From Promethearchaeota archaeon (GTDB lineage: Archaea > Asgardarchaeota > Lokiarchaeia > Sigyniarchaeales > SOKP01): 64,000 bases of DNA. Shown here piece by piece: positions 1 to 10,670 of this stretch; the first letter of the stretch is position 1; every line of letters starts with the position of its first letter. The notes under the pieces are model-generated. The model searched no databases and was not told the DNA's origin. It saw only the letters and a list, made by a program, of their open reading frames with translations. The stretch spans positions 1 to 64,000 of the forward strand of contig JAUVXW010000012.1 in NCBI GenBank assembly GCA_030603385.1, given 5' to 3'. A program made the translations under genes and the position numbers.

Positions 1-407
1 TGGTTTAATTCGTCTGAGACTACTATATCAGGCTTTCCAACCAACATAGGAATTAATCCTGAGTTAACTGCAAATCCAGTCTGACATAAGAGCGACGCTT
101 CCACTTCTTTATATTTAGCAAATTTTTCTTGAAATTCACGGGTTAAATCAAAACTACCTGCAATTACTGGAACCGCCCCTGCACCTGCCCCATATTTTTT
201 AGTAGCGTCAATTGCCGCCTGAATAATTTTTGGATGTGTAGCTAATCCCAAATAATTATTTGTATTAAGCATCAATACTTCTTTTCCATTTACAATGCAG
301 TGTGGCTTAGAACCTCCTTCTAAATATCTAATTTTCCACTCTAAGTTACTTTTTCTTAATTCAGTCATATCCTCCTTAAGGAATGCAACAGGATCTCTTT
401 TCATCAT
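1..407 (-). CDS. kbl: Glycine C-acetyltransferase / 2-amino-3-ketobutyrate CoA ligase (class II PLP aminotransferase), N-terminal part; runs off window start
   Basis: Manual translation MMKRDPVAFLKEDMTELRKSNLEWKIRYLEGGSKPHCIVNGKEVLMLNTNNYLGLATHPKIIQAAIDATKKYGAGAGAVPVIAG; NNYLGL and YGAG motifs; GGTGAT RBS at 408-413; divergent from tdh. Confidence 0.85.
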   Translation of the reverse strand, partial: MMKRDPVAFLKEDMTELRKSNLEWKIRYLEGGSKPHCIVNGKEVLMLNTNNYLGLATHPKIIQAAIDATKKYGAGAGAVPVIAGSFDLTREFQEKFAKYKEVEASLLCQTGFAVNSGLIPMLVGKPDIVVSDELN

Positions 408-590
408 ATCACCATAAATTTTTTTTAAAACAAGTTAGTGAAATTATAATTTATTGGTATTCTGAAACCTATATTAGTTTTTCTTATCGAAATAGTAGGG
501 GTAAAAAGTGGGTAATTAATGAATAAACCTTTTTTTATGGAGTAAATTATGAACTATACTAACAATTTTAAATGTTAAAATCTGATAAAA

Positions 591-1535
591 ATGAGACGAA
601 TTCTTGTTATAGGCGCGGCGGGGCAAATAGGGAGCGAATTAGTGCCATTTCTAAGGAAAAAATATGGAAATGATAATGTTATTGCGACGGGAAGAAAAAC
701 TCCACTTCCAGATGTTATTAAAAATTCGGGTCCCGTTATATATTTAGATGCTTTAGAGAGGAATAGACTATCAGAAGTTTTATATGAGTATGAAATTGAT
801 ACTATTTTTCACATGGCATCAATCCTTTCAGCTACAGGAGAGAAAATGCCTCAAACAGCATGGGATATTAATATCAACGGATTAATCAACATTCTAGAGG
901 CAGGTCGAAGCTATAAAGTAGATAAGATTGTCTGGCCAAGTTCTATAGCGGCATTTGGCCCTACAACTCCAAGAGAAAATACACCAAATACTACTATACT
1001 GCAACCAACTACAATGTATGGAATTACAAAAGTAGCTGGAGAGCTACTGGCTGAGTACTATTATAAAAAATATAACTTAGACGTTAGATCAATGAGATTG
1101 CCTGGAATTATTAGTAGTGAAACTTTACCTGGTGGTGGAACTACAGATTATGCTGTTGAAATCTTTTATGAAGCTATTAAGAATAAGAAGTATACTTGTT
1201 TTTTAAGAGAAGATACCGTGCTGCCCATGATGTATCAACCTGATTGTCTTAAATGCATGATTGATTTATTAGAAGCAGATAATTCTAGATTAAAAAGACG
1301 GGTTTACAATATTACCGGCATGAGCTTTTCTGCAGGTGAGATCGCAGCGGAAATTAAGAAACATATTCCGGAATTTGAAATTGATTATAAACCAGATTTT
1401 AGGCAAGAGATTGCAGATTCTTGGCCTAAAACAATTGATGATTCACTTGCACGTGAAGATTGGGGTTGGAATCCCGCATACGACTTGTCTTCGATGACTA
1501 AAGATATGATCGAAATACTTAGTAAAAGATTATAA
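591..1535 (+). CDS. tdh: SDR-type L-threonine 3-dehydrogenase
   Basis: GAAGQIG Rossmann motif, YGITK catalytic YxxxK, PGGGTTDYA signature; adjacent to kbl. Confidence 0.85.
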   Translation: MRRILVIGAAGQIGSELVPFLRKKYGNDNVIATGRKTPLPDVIKNSGPVIYLDALERNRLSEVLYEYEIDTIFHMASILSATGEKMPQTAWDININGLINILEAGRSYKVDKIVWPSSIAAFGPTTPRENTPNTTILQPTTMYGITKVAGELLAEYYYKKYNLDVRSMRLPGIISSETLPGGGTTDYAVEIFYEAIKNKKYTCFLREDTVLPMMYQPDCLKCMIDLLEADNSRLKRRVYNITGMSFSAGEIAAEIKKHIPEFEIDYKPDFRQEIADSWPKTIDDSLAREDWGWNPAYDLSSMTKDMIEILSKRL

Positions 1536-1613
1536 AAATAAATTCAGATTTTATTTCTCATTTCGTTTTATTATCATTGAATTCATGTGGATTTTGGTAC
1601 TATATATTAAAGT

Positions 1614-2474
1614 TTATGAAAAGAATTTACTCCGTAATTCATTTAGAAAAGCAATCCCTTTTTCTGGAAACTTCGGGTATCTTTTCCTATTAATAAACCT
1701 TCTAGTTGCTTTCAATCCAATTGATTTGGACGGATTGAATCTTCTCATGAATTCTAATTCTTCATCGTTGGGAGGTGCCGTTTCTTCTAAATTCGGAGAA
1801 ATCTTTAAGTCCCATGGAATATCTTTTCTAATTTCTTCAACGGTAATTCCTGGATGATTATAAGCAAGAAACATCTCTTTAGTTACCGGATCAAATTTGA
1901 AAATACCCTTTCTACTAATGAGAGTAGATGGGCCGCTTCCAATCGGAAAATGACCCGAATTATCCCTGCTATCACCCCCGTCTAAATATCCTGGAGAGGT
2001 TAAATAGTCAAGATTTTTCACAAATTGACCCCTATTCAAGGTTAGTATCGTTCGTTTGGCATAAGAAATAAAATCTGAAGCACCTCCCGAACCTGGAAGC
2101 CGTCTTTCAAAATTATTATAATCTCCTATCACTGTTGAATTAACATTTCCAAATTTATCTACCTGCCCAACACCTAGGAAGCAAGAATCCACAAAACCAC
2201 GATATGTATGTGTTGTGAAAATAGAAAACATATCTGTTGAATAAGAAAATCCTCTACAAGCTTCTACATCTGCAATACCAATTAAAGGAATTAATGGATC
2301 AAATCCTATTAACCCAGATTCCGTCATTAAAATCGCGTTTTTGGCATGTAAACCCTTCGCTAGTACACATGCGGTTACAGGAATACCTGCACCTATAACA
2401 ACATTCTCATAATCACGGATTTCTCTGGCAACTGCAATATTTAATAATTCATCAATTGAATATCTTTTATTCAT
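1614..2474 (-). CDS. Family I CoA-transferase beta subunit (glutaconate CoA-transferase-like)
   Basis: Catalytic Glu in MTESG; GQVDKFGNVN, LPGSGGA and LTSPG motifs; start overlaps the alpha-subunit stop. Confidence 0.85.
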   Translation of the reverse strand: MNKRYSIDELLNIAVAREIRDYENVVIGAGIPVTACVLAKGLHAKNAILMTESGLIGFDPLIPLIGIADVEACRGFSYSTDMFSIFTTHTYRGFVDSCFLGVGQVDKFGNVNSTVIGDYNNFERRLPGSGGASDFISYAKRTILTLNRGQFVKNLDYLTSPGYLDGGDSRDNSGHFPIGSGPSTLISRKGIFKFDPVTKEMFLAYNHPGITVEEIRKDIPWDLKISPNLEETAPPNDEELEFMRRFNPSKSIGLKATRRFINRKRYPKFPEKGIAFLNELRSKFFS

Positions 2475-3501
2475 GAAAAATTCCCTCCTTTTCCATAATT
2501 TTTTCGATGTCTTCGTATTTTATTCCCAATGTTGTGTGTACACCATTATCATCCCAGCTTGGGTGAGGATCTCCGTAATTTACTGGAGCTGAATAAAATG
2601 GTTTACATTTAAGCGAATTTAACATATTGCTTCCATAATATTCTCCATATTTCTGAATATAAGCATCATGATCTTCACATCCATAAACCCATTCATCCAG
2701 CCATCTCTTTATTCCTTCATCTGATGTCATTAAACCGAAAACCCAATTATTGAAAAAAGAATCATCTCTATAATATCCTACTACTGGAGTTGGATGTGCT
2801 CCAAATTTAGTTTCGACAACTGCATTGGTTCTATAAGCCGGAATAATTGTATTGTGGGGACTTGACTAAATAATTTTATGGTCAACAATCTCTTCACATG
2901 ATACAACTATCTTTTTACTTGCAAGTGCAGCGGCTTGAACGCTTCCCATTGCCCCCCAATATTGAGCATTCCCATACTTATCCGCTCTTTGCACATGTAC
3001 TATGCATACATCAGGATTTGCTGCAGGTACCGTAAGAATGTCTTTTCCTGTATAAGGACACTTAATAACCTTAAATTTATTTTCTCCCAGAAATGTCCTT
3101 TTTTTGAAAAGATCTGTATCAATAGCACCCTCAAGCACAGGCATGAAAGAAAAACCATACATCCCCGCCTGAAGTCGTGCATTATAATGAAAATTTGAAT
3201 ATTCTTCTACCTCAATTTCTCCTCTTTGCATCCTGCGAATCACGTTACCAGTTCCGCCAATTACAGATATAAAATTAATGACTAATTTGTCTATGCAATC
3301 CCCTACAGCTAAATACTCAAGATCAATATGACTGGATTGTGTATAAACAGTAAGGTGTTTCTTTTTTTGTCTGATTACTTCCGATGCTAATGCGACGCAC
3401 ATTGAAAGTGTATAATTTCCAAGTATTAATTCATCGCCATCTTTTACATTATTACTAATAGCCTCTTTTAAACTCATAACCTTATTATTTGAATTAACCA
3501 T
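2467..3501 (-). pseudogene. Family I CoA-transferase alpha subunit interrupted by one in-frame TAG (2866-2868)
   Basis: ORFs 2866..3501 and 2467..2730 are in one frame: ...HKII*SSPHNTIIPAYRTNAVVETKFGAHPTPVVGYY...; HVQRADKYGN motif. Confidence 0.8.
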
Positions 3502-3598
3502 TTTTCTATCAACTTTGATAAAAGATTATTACAATAAAAACAAATTTTATTTCTCAATTCCTTTTATTATCAATTAATTCAAATGGAGAAAGAATCAA

Positions 3599-4369
3599 AT
3601 GAAAATTGTATTTCATGAGAGATATTATAATTCAGATTATGCAATGGATCCCGCTGCTAAATCGGGTCGTCTAGAAGGTATTATTGATTTATTATCTAAA
3701 AATAAAGAATTTGAATTTATAAAACCGAAACTAGCAACGAAAGAAGATATATTGCGAGCTCACACGGAAAGGCACTTTAACTATATTAAGAGAGATTCAT
3801 TGTTATATGAATTGTCTTCATTAGCCGCAGGAGGCTCAATTTTAGCAGCCGAAGAAGGATATAACGGAAATCCTACTTTTGCCGTAATTCGCCCTCCGGG
3901 ACACCATGCTTCAGCAGATTCCTGTTGGGGATTTTGCTATTTTAACAATATAAGTATAAGTCTATTGAAATTATTTTCAGAGGGAAAAATTGCTTCTGTC
4001 TTCGTATTAGATTTTGATCTTCATACTGGTGATGGTAATATCAATATTCTAACAAATAGGAATGATCGATTTAAAGTGAAGATATTAAATCCGAGTTCGA
4101 GTGGACGTATTAATTACATGAAGGAAGTCGAGGATTATATGCAAAATTTAAAAAATATTGATATCTTTGTTGCTAGTGCTGGATTCGATCAAGGGATTGA
4201 AGATTGGGGTCATCTTTTGTATCCCGAAGATTATTTTGAATTAGGTAGATTAATGAAAGAGTATTCGGAAAAATTATGTAAGGGAAGACGATATGCTTTA
4301 TTAGAAGGAGGATACAATCACAGCGTATTACCTAAAAATGTAGATTCTTTTTGTCAAGGATTTAAATAA
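3599..4369 (+). CDS. Compact HDAC/AcuC-family deacetylase
   Basis: RPPGHHA, GFCYFNN, DFDLHTGDG, SAGFD and LEGGY motifs. Confidence 0.9.
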   Translation: MKIVFHERYYNSDYAMDPAAKSGRLEGIIDLLSKNKEFEFIKPKLATKEDILRAHTERHFNYIKRDSLLYELSSLAAGGSILAAEEGYNGNPTFAVIRPPGHHASADSCWGFCYFNNISISLLKLFSEGKIASVFVLDFDLHTGDGNINILTNRNDRFKVKILNPSSSGRINYMKEVEDYMQNLKNIDIFVASAGFDQGIEDWGHLLYPEDYFELGRLMKEYSEKLCKGRRYALLEGGYNHSVLPKNVDSFCQGFK

Positions 4370-4428
4370 AGAAGAAATTCTTATCTTGGAGCGAAATTAA
4401 GCTTTTTCTATGTAACCATCAATCTTTT

Positions 4429-6609
4429 ATGTTATTTTATATATATATAGGAAAAAAGCCTTATATTATTTTATTTAAGATTATAAAATTGAATATTATG
4501 GAAAAGCATCGAGTAGGTATCACACGTTATAGGAAAAAAATTAAATCATTAAGAAGGGTTGTAGAACTCTCTGGTGCATTTAATGTTCTAAAAGGAGATG
4601 AAAGAATCTTCTTAAAACCAAATATAGTTTTTTGGTCCACAGTTCCAGATTATCCGGCATATGGAGTAGTTACAACATCTCGAATAGTTGAAGATACAAT
4701 CATTTTACTAAAAGAGCTTGGAATTAAAGATATAACTATAGGGGAAGGGACTGTCACTTTGGATCCTAAAGACATTAAAACTACCCAACATGCATTTGAA
4801 AGTCTGGGATATAATAGGTTTAAAGGAAAATATGGAATTAAGGTAATCAATGTCCTTGAAAGACCCTTTAAAAAATTAGAGTTAGGTGATAATATTCAGT
4901 TAAATTTTAATGTTGATGCTTTAAACAGTGACTTAATTATCTCTCTCCCAGTTCTTAAAACACATAGTCAAGCAAAAGTTAGTCTAAGCTTAAAAAATTT
5001 AAAAGGATTAATTGATGTTCCTTCACGGAAAAAATGTCATACTCCAGACACCGAGAAAGATTTGGAGTTTTACTTATACCATCTACCTAAGAAACTACCT
5101 CCAGTTGTTGCTATTATTGATGGTATTTTTACAAATGAACGAGGGCCTGGTTATGATGGGGTAATGAGGAGGAGCAACATCTTAATTGCTTCTTCAGATA
5201 TGCTTTCAGCTGATAAAGTTGGCGCTTCAGTTCTTGGATATGATCCTTTAGATGTGTCATATTTATCATATTTTGCTCAAGAAAATAATCGACCTATAGA
5301 TCTTTCTGATGTTGAGGTTGTTGGGAAGCCTATTGAAAGTGTTCGGGATCATCATGAATACCAGTTCGCATATAACGAGGATGGTACACGTCCAACAGCA
5401 TTTGTCAAACAAGGTATAAATGGTATTTCATATCGTCAATATGACAATACAACATGTACTTATTGTTCTCTTATTACAGGTTTACTTCCTATAGCAATTA
5501 CATACGCTTGGGATAGTACACAAGGGGAACCCTGGGACGATGTTGAGGTTATCATGGGTAAAAGAATGAATCCAACACCAGGAAAGAAAAAAACTATATT
5601 ACTAGGGCAATGTATGGTTAATAAGCACAGAAATAATCCAGATATTAATGAAATGATCCCCATAAAAGGCTGTCCTGTTAAACCAGAGAATATCACGAAA
5701 GCGTTTCATCAAGCAGGGGTTAAAATTCATCCAGATTTTTTTGAGAACCTCGAAAATATTCCTCGATTTTTTGGTTTGGCATATAAAAATCGTTTTAATG
5801 AGTTTCAAGAATCTTTTTTTAATGATGAGATTGAAGATGAGACTGTTCCTCCTATCGATAATATTAGTGTAAGTCAATTCTTCCTAGATACTAATAAAGA
5901 TTCAAATGGTTTACCAGAAAAGCAGGGCAAATTTGAAGTTAGATTCTTTGGATTAGTCGGAGAAAAAAATACTAATGCTATAAAAAATATTACAGCTGAA
6001 GGCCCAAAAGGGTATGAATTTCATTTTAAAAACCAATTATTTGACAATAAAAATGGAAATGGATATATAGTGGATAATTATAATCGTCAGATGATATGGT
6101 ATCTTGGTTATGATAGAAATGGCTTTTTAGAAGATGGTAAATATAAATTTACGATAGATTATTGGAATGGTGAAACACGGTATAAATCTCGCATCTTGCA
6201 AACTAATAATAAATTTTTAGAGAATTACCTAAAACTTAAAAACAAGATTGATTATTCTTATGAAGAAAAACCTAAATATATGGGAGATCCAAGGATTTAT
6301 GTTAATACAAAATGGACGACACTAAATAAATTAAAAGGTGTCGATGCTTATTATGCACTATATGTATCTAAAGGCAGAAAAGATTTCATTAATTTACATG
6401 ATTTAACTCATTTTGATAATATTTATGTAACTTCAATTTTAATGCCGTCTTTTGGATTGAATAAAAGTTCAGCTTTAGTAAATACTCGATGGAGACCTTT
6501 AAATCCAGATTCTGAATACTCATGGTTAACCGAAATTTGTGACTCTAATTCATATAGTAATATTAACATGACAATTCATCAACCAATTCAATATTTCAAA
6601 ACTAATTAA
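4429..6609 (+). CDS. DUF362-family protein with Cys motifs and an extra C-terminal beta-rich domain (true start may be 4498)
   Basis: LKPN, LPVLKTH, SLKNLKG and DG..GP motifs; CTYC/GQC/GCP; paralog of 9233..10567. Confidence 0.75.
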   Translation: MLFYIYIGKKPYIILFKIIKLNIMEKHRVGITRYRKKIKSLRRVVELSGAFNVLKGDERIFLKPNIVFWSTVPDYPAYGVVTTSRIVEDTIILLKELGIKDITIGEGTVTLDPKDIKTTQHAFESLGYNRFKGKYGIKVINVLERPFKKLELGDNIQLNFNVDALNSDLIISLPVLKTHSQAKVSLSLKNLKGLIDVPSRKKCHTPDTEKDLEFYLYHLPKKLPPVVAIIDGIFTNERGPGYDGVMRRSNILIASSDMLSADKVGASVLGYDPLDVSYLSYFAQENNRPIDLSDVEVVGKPIESVRDHHEYQFAYNEDGTRPTAFVKQGINGISYRQYDNTTCTYCSLITGLLPIAITYAWDSTQGEPWDDVEVIMGKRMNPTPGKKKTILLGQCMVNKHRNNPDINEMIPIKGCPVKPENITKAFHQAGVKIHPDFFENLENIPRFFGLAYKNRFNEFQESFFNDEIEDETVPPIDNISVSQFFLDTNKDSNGLPEKQGKFEVRFFGLVGEKNTNAIKNITAEGPKGYEFHFKNQLFDNKNGNGYIVDNYNRQMIWYLGYDRNGFLEDGKYKFTIDYWNGETRYKSRILQTNNKFLENYLKLKNKIDYSYEEKPKYMGDPRIYVNTKWTTLNKLKGVDAYYALYVSKGRKDFINLHDLTHFDNIYVTSILMPSFGLNKSSALVNTRWRPLNPDSEYSWLTEICDSNSYSNINMTIHQPIQYFKTN

Positions 6610-6626
6610 CAAGAACTGGTTTTTAT

Positions 6627-7256
6627 ATGGATAAGAAAGAAATGGTTAGAGTAGGGTATAATGAAGCTGCCATGACATTGGAAAAAATCTTTGGTATAGA
6701 TAGAGAAGAAGAAGAGGAAGAAGTAAAATCTTTATCTGAATTTTCTTCTCGAATAACTTTAAAAAGCCGAGTTTTAGATGCTGGTTGTGGAAACGGTGCG
6801 TATTCTCGTATTTTAAGCGAGAATTTCGAAGTAATTGGTGTGGATATCTCAGAAAAGCAAATTGAGTTAGCTAAACAAAATGCTCCCAAAGCTAAATTTA
6901 TTTGTCAAGATATGACAAAAGTCACCTTCCCAGATGAGCACTTTTATGGAATATTGGCCTACTATTCTATAATTCATGTCCCAAGAGAAGAACATTATGA
7001 ACTATTGAGAAATTTTCGTCGTATGTTAAAAATTAATGGTACTGTTCTCTTAACTTTCCATTGTATTGATGATCCTGAATCTTATGATGAAGATTTTTTT
7101 GGAACTGGAGCTAAAATGTTTTGGAGTGGTTTTGACGAAGCAACTAATTTAAAAATGATTCAAGATGTTGGATTTAAAATCGTTTGGTCAAAATTGGTAC
7201 TAGAATCGCCCAAATTTGGAGGAAGTTACCATTTATTTGTAATGGCAGAAAAGTAA
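6627..7256 (+). CDS. Class I SAM-dependent methyltransferase
   Basis: VLDAGCGNG, GVDIS and IIHVP motifs. Confidence 0.9.
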   Translation: MDKKEMVRVGYNEAAMTLEKIFGIDREEEEEEVKSLSEFSSRITLKSRVLDAGCGNGAYSRILSENFEVIGVDISEKQIELAKQNAPKAKFICQDMTKVTFPDEHFYGILAYYSIIHVPREEHYELLRNFRRMLKINGTVLLTFHCIDDPESYDEDFFGTGAKMFWSGFDEATNLKMIQDVGFKIVWSKLVLESPKFGGSYHLFVMAEK

Positions 7257-7369
7257 CTATAATACTTAATCAACAAAAATAGAAGTAAGATTTACAAAAT
7301 ACTATTTATAAATTATAGAATTTTTAAAAAAAAAATGTATATAAGAAAATCTTATTTCTTTATTAATCA

Positions 7370-9076
7370 TTATAAGGGGGTTAAAGGTTTCTGTTTCTCT
7401 TGTTCTTCGTTTGTTTTTTCTCTTAGTTTTCTTCTAAATATTTTACCAACAGCTGTTCGAGGTAATACATTTATGAATTCGACTTGACGGGGATATTTAT
7501 ATCCTGCCATTTTTTCTTTTGCCCAATCGATTATATCCCGTTCTGTAGTTTTATCTTTATATTCTGGTTTCAAAACAATATAAGCTTTTATTGTCTCCCC
7601 AATATTTGGATCAGGAACACCGACTACCCCTGCTTCTAGGACTGCTGGATGCTTAACGAGGCTTTCTTCAACTTCTCTGGCCATTACTTTATAGCCCTTA
7701 TATTTCACCATATCTTTCGTACGACCTTCTATATAGAAATACCCATCTTTATCCATTCTCGCTAAGTCCCCTGTTCTTAACCAACCATTAACAATATCTT
7801 GTTTCGTGGCTTCGGACCTTTTCCAGTAGCCTTTCATTATATTAGGGCCTTTAACCAACAATTCTCCTATTTCTCCTATTTTAAGTTCTTCTAAAGTCTC
7901 AGGGTCTACAATTATTGCATCAGTGTCGATCATAGGAACTCCAATACTTTCTGGCTTAATTTCAGGCATCCAGATCGCAGATGTTATTGCAAATGCAGAG
8001 GATTCTGTAAGACCATACCCTTGACTGACTTTAATTCCAACGACATCTTCCCACTTCTTATTAAATTCTGGAGCTAATGCTGCAGAACCAGAACCAGCCG
8101 TTTCAAGACTCGAGAGATCTCGCTCAGTAAAATCAGGAGAATTGATTATCATTTGATACATTACAGGTACTCCTACAAAAAGTGTGACTTTATAATATTC
8201 TATCGCTTCTAAAACATCGGATGGGTTAAAAGGAAACATTACGAGCATAGCAGCCAGATATAGGGAGATAATTAATATTCCAAACCCCATAGCATGACAT
8301 AATGGTAGAATTGATAAAATCACGCCTGTTCCTACATTTTCTTCATAGAGATTCTCAGATGCATAAGCAAGAGAAAGACAGCTATGAAGCAACCTATCAT
8401 GAGGCCACATTACACCCTTTGGTAGACCAGTAGTTCCACCTGTAAACATCAATGCAACTATATCATTTACGGGATCAATCTCCACATCTGGTGGTTTTGG
8501 CCTAATATCCTGTATGAAATCATTGAATGTAGTGGTATTAACTTTCTCTTCCTCTGTACCAAGTAGAATTACATTTGGAAAATTAACTTGTTTTCTTACT
8601 CTTTTAACCGTTCTAAAGTTATTTTTATGGACAAAAAAGGCTTTGACATTGCCTGCTTCTCGGATTATATGAGATACATCGCCTTCTTTCAGTAATGGGT
8701 TTACTGGGATAACGATAGCCCCAGTTTCCATTACTCCTATACAACAAAATATAAATTCCGCACAATTTTCGGACATTAAGGCGACAGAATCTCCCTTCTT
8801 AATACCTAATTGATATAAAGCATTACCAACCCTGTCAGAATAATAAAGTAGTTCGCGATACGTATATTTTTTATCAGTTGGCTTATGATAGATACAAACA
8901 TTATTTGGATACTTTCTAGCAATCCACTTTATAAACTCGTGGATAGGAATCGGATCGAATTTTATTGATTTTGGCACATCAGAAGGTTTATACTTTAACC
9001 AAGGTCTATTTGGGTTTGTATAAGGGGATTCATTTTCAAAATCTAATACAATTTTCCAATCTGAATAATCTTTCAT
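7370..9076 (-). CDS. Long-chain fatty acid--CoA ligase (ANL superfamily)
   Basis: FTGGTTGLPKG, GYGLTE, TGD, GRTKD and PRTAVGK motifs; start moved to ATG 9076 because of a GGGTGA RBS at 9082-9087. Confidence 0.9.
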   Translation of the reverse strand: MKDYSDWKIVLDFENESPYTNPNRPWLKYKPSDVPKSIKFDPIPIHEFIKWIARKYPNNVCIYHKPTDKKYTYRELLYYSDRVGNALYQLGIKKGDSVALMSENCAEFIFCCIGVMETGAIVIPVNPLLKEGDVSHIIREAGNVKAFFVHKNNFRTVKRVRKQVNFPNVILLGTEEEKVNTTTFNDFIQDIRPKPPDVEIDPVNDIVALMFTGGTTGLPKGVMWPHDRLLHSCLSLAYASENLYEENVGTGVILSILPLCHAMGFGILIISLYLAAMLVMFPFNPSDVLEAIEYYKVTLFVGVPVMYQMIINSPDFTERDLSSLETAGSGSAALAPEFNKKWEDVVGIKVSQGYGLTESSAFAITSAIWMPEIKPESIGVPMIDTDAIIVDPETLEELKIGEIGELLVKGPNIMKGYWKRSEATKQDIVNGWLRTGDLARMDKDGYFYIEGRTKDMVKYKGYKVMAREVEESLVKHPAVLEAGVVGVPDPNIGETIKAYIVLKPEYKDKTTERDIIDWAKEKMAGYKYPRQVEFINVLPRTAVGKIFRRKLREKTNEEQEKQKPLTPL

Positions 9077-9134
9077 AGTGTTCACCCTAAAAAAAATTAC
9101 ATTTATGTAAACTTTGAGTTTTATCAAAAATGTA

Positions 9135-9166
9135 TGATCTAAAAATAGATCACCTGTATTTATAAA
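9135..9166 (-). promoter_or_regulatory. Putative TATA box (TTTATAAA) with adjacent 7-4-7 palindrome TGATCTA-N4-TAGATCA upstream of the acyl-CoA ligase
   Basis: Perfect inverted repeat 9135-9141/9146-9152; TTTATAAA at 9159-9166. Confidence 0.4.
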
Positions 9167-9232
9167 TGTTATTTAAACAAGGAATATAGTAAAACTATAG
9201 AAAAAAAAAAAAGAAATACTAAAGTAAAAAAC

Positions 9233-10567
9233 TTATTCAATTTGAAAGAGAGACTCTTCAAACTCGGGTCTTCCTTTATATTTTGCCATTAGGAATCCAG
9301 CACCCCCTTTAGTTATATTCTGAAACATCGAAGCAGGAAGTTCGATTCCAATTTGACTAAACGCGTGTCTTACATCATCCATTGAAGGAGGACAGCCTTT
9401 AATTGGAATCATCTCTTTAATATTGGGGTGATCTTTGTTCTTATTATATTGACATTGACCAATTAGAATGGTTTTATTCATCCCAGGAGTAGGTTCCATA
9501 AGTTTACCATTTAAAAATTCGACATTATCAAATGGTTTACCTTTCCTCGATTGCCATGCACCTTTGATAATAAGTAATAAAGTTCCATTAATTCCTGAGC
9601 AATATGTGCACAGACTACTGTCATATTTATGATACTTTAATCCTTTTACTCCAATTCTTTCTAAAGGAAGTGGGAGATCTCCAGCATCATTATATATAAA
9701 ATCCCATTCATGATGGGAAGCTAAATCATCTAGCTTTTCACCAACAATTTCAACATCAGATAAATCCATAGGTCTTTTTCTATCTTTGGCTGCTTGTACT
9801 AAATGAGGAACATCATCAGGTTCTATACCTAGCAATTTAGAACCTACCATGTCTACTGATAGGATATCAGCCGAAGCAACAAGAATATTTTTTCTATGAG
9901 CCTTTCCATCAATAGCAGGCCCTCGTTCAAGAGTATAGATCCCATCAATGATAGTCAATACTTTTTTTAGTTTGTTAGGTAATTGGGCAACATTATAATG
10001 CAAATCTTTAACTGGATCATCACTGTGAAACTTCTTACGAGAAGCATAGTTGATTAATCCCTTCAAATTCTTAAACCCTAATGTAACAACAGCTTGAGAA
10101 TGAGTCTTTAATACAGGAATATCTATAACAACATCAGCGGCTAAAGCAACCGAACTGAAATTGACTTTAAAACCGGTTCCTAAATCTATCTTCTCAAATG
10201 GATGTTCAAAAGTATTGATTGGTTTCACACCATATCTTTCTTTAAGAAGATTATACCCTAATTTTTTAAATGCATCTGCTGCAGTTTCTGTATCTTTTAT
10301 ATCAGCGGTTACGATCCCTTCTCCTATTGAAATATCATCAATTCCTCGTTCTTTAAGTAAAACAACAACATCCTCAATAACACGGGAAGATGTAATCACA
10401 CCCCATTTTGGGAAATTGGAAAAGCGATTCCAGTATACGATGTTAGGTTTAATAAATATTTTTGCATCCTTGGGGATCTCATCAAATAAATTTACTAATT
10501 CAACTAATTTCCTAACGGATTCAAGAGGTTTCTCGTACTTTACAATAGAAACTTTTGATTTACTCAT
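9233..10567 (-). CDS. DUF362-family protein (probable Fe-S)
   Basis: IKPN, IPVLKTH, FKNLKG, CTYC, GQC and GCPP motifs. Confidence 0.8.
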   Translation of the reverse strand: MSKSKVSIVKYEKPLESVRKLVELVNLFDEIPKDAKIFIKPNIVYWNRFSNFPKWGVITSSRVIEDVVVLLKERGIDDISIGEGIVTADIKDTETAADAFKKLGYNLLKERYGVKPINTFEHPFEKIDLGTGFKVNFSSVALAADVVIDIPVLKTHSQAVVTLGFKNLKGLINYASRKKFHSDDPVKDLHYNVAQLPNKLKKVLTIIDGIYTLERGPAIDGKAHRKNILVASADILSVDMVGSKLLGIEPDDVPHLVQAAKDRKRPMDLSDVEIVGEKLDDLASHHEWDFIYNDAGDLPLPLERIGVKGLKYHKYDSSLCTYCSGINGTLLLIIKGAWQSRKGKPFDNVEFLNGKLMEPTPGMNKTILIGQCQYNKNKDHPNIKEMIPIKGCPPSMDDVRHAFSQIGIELPASMFQNITKGGAGFLMAKYKGRPEFEESLFQIE

Positions 10568-10670
10568 ATAATTACACCTACATATATTTAATATAGAAAT
10601 GAATATGGGATATCTTAAAAATTAATTTGTTATGAAGAATAGTTTAGAAAAAATGAAAAATAAGATATCA

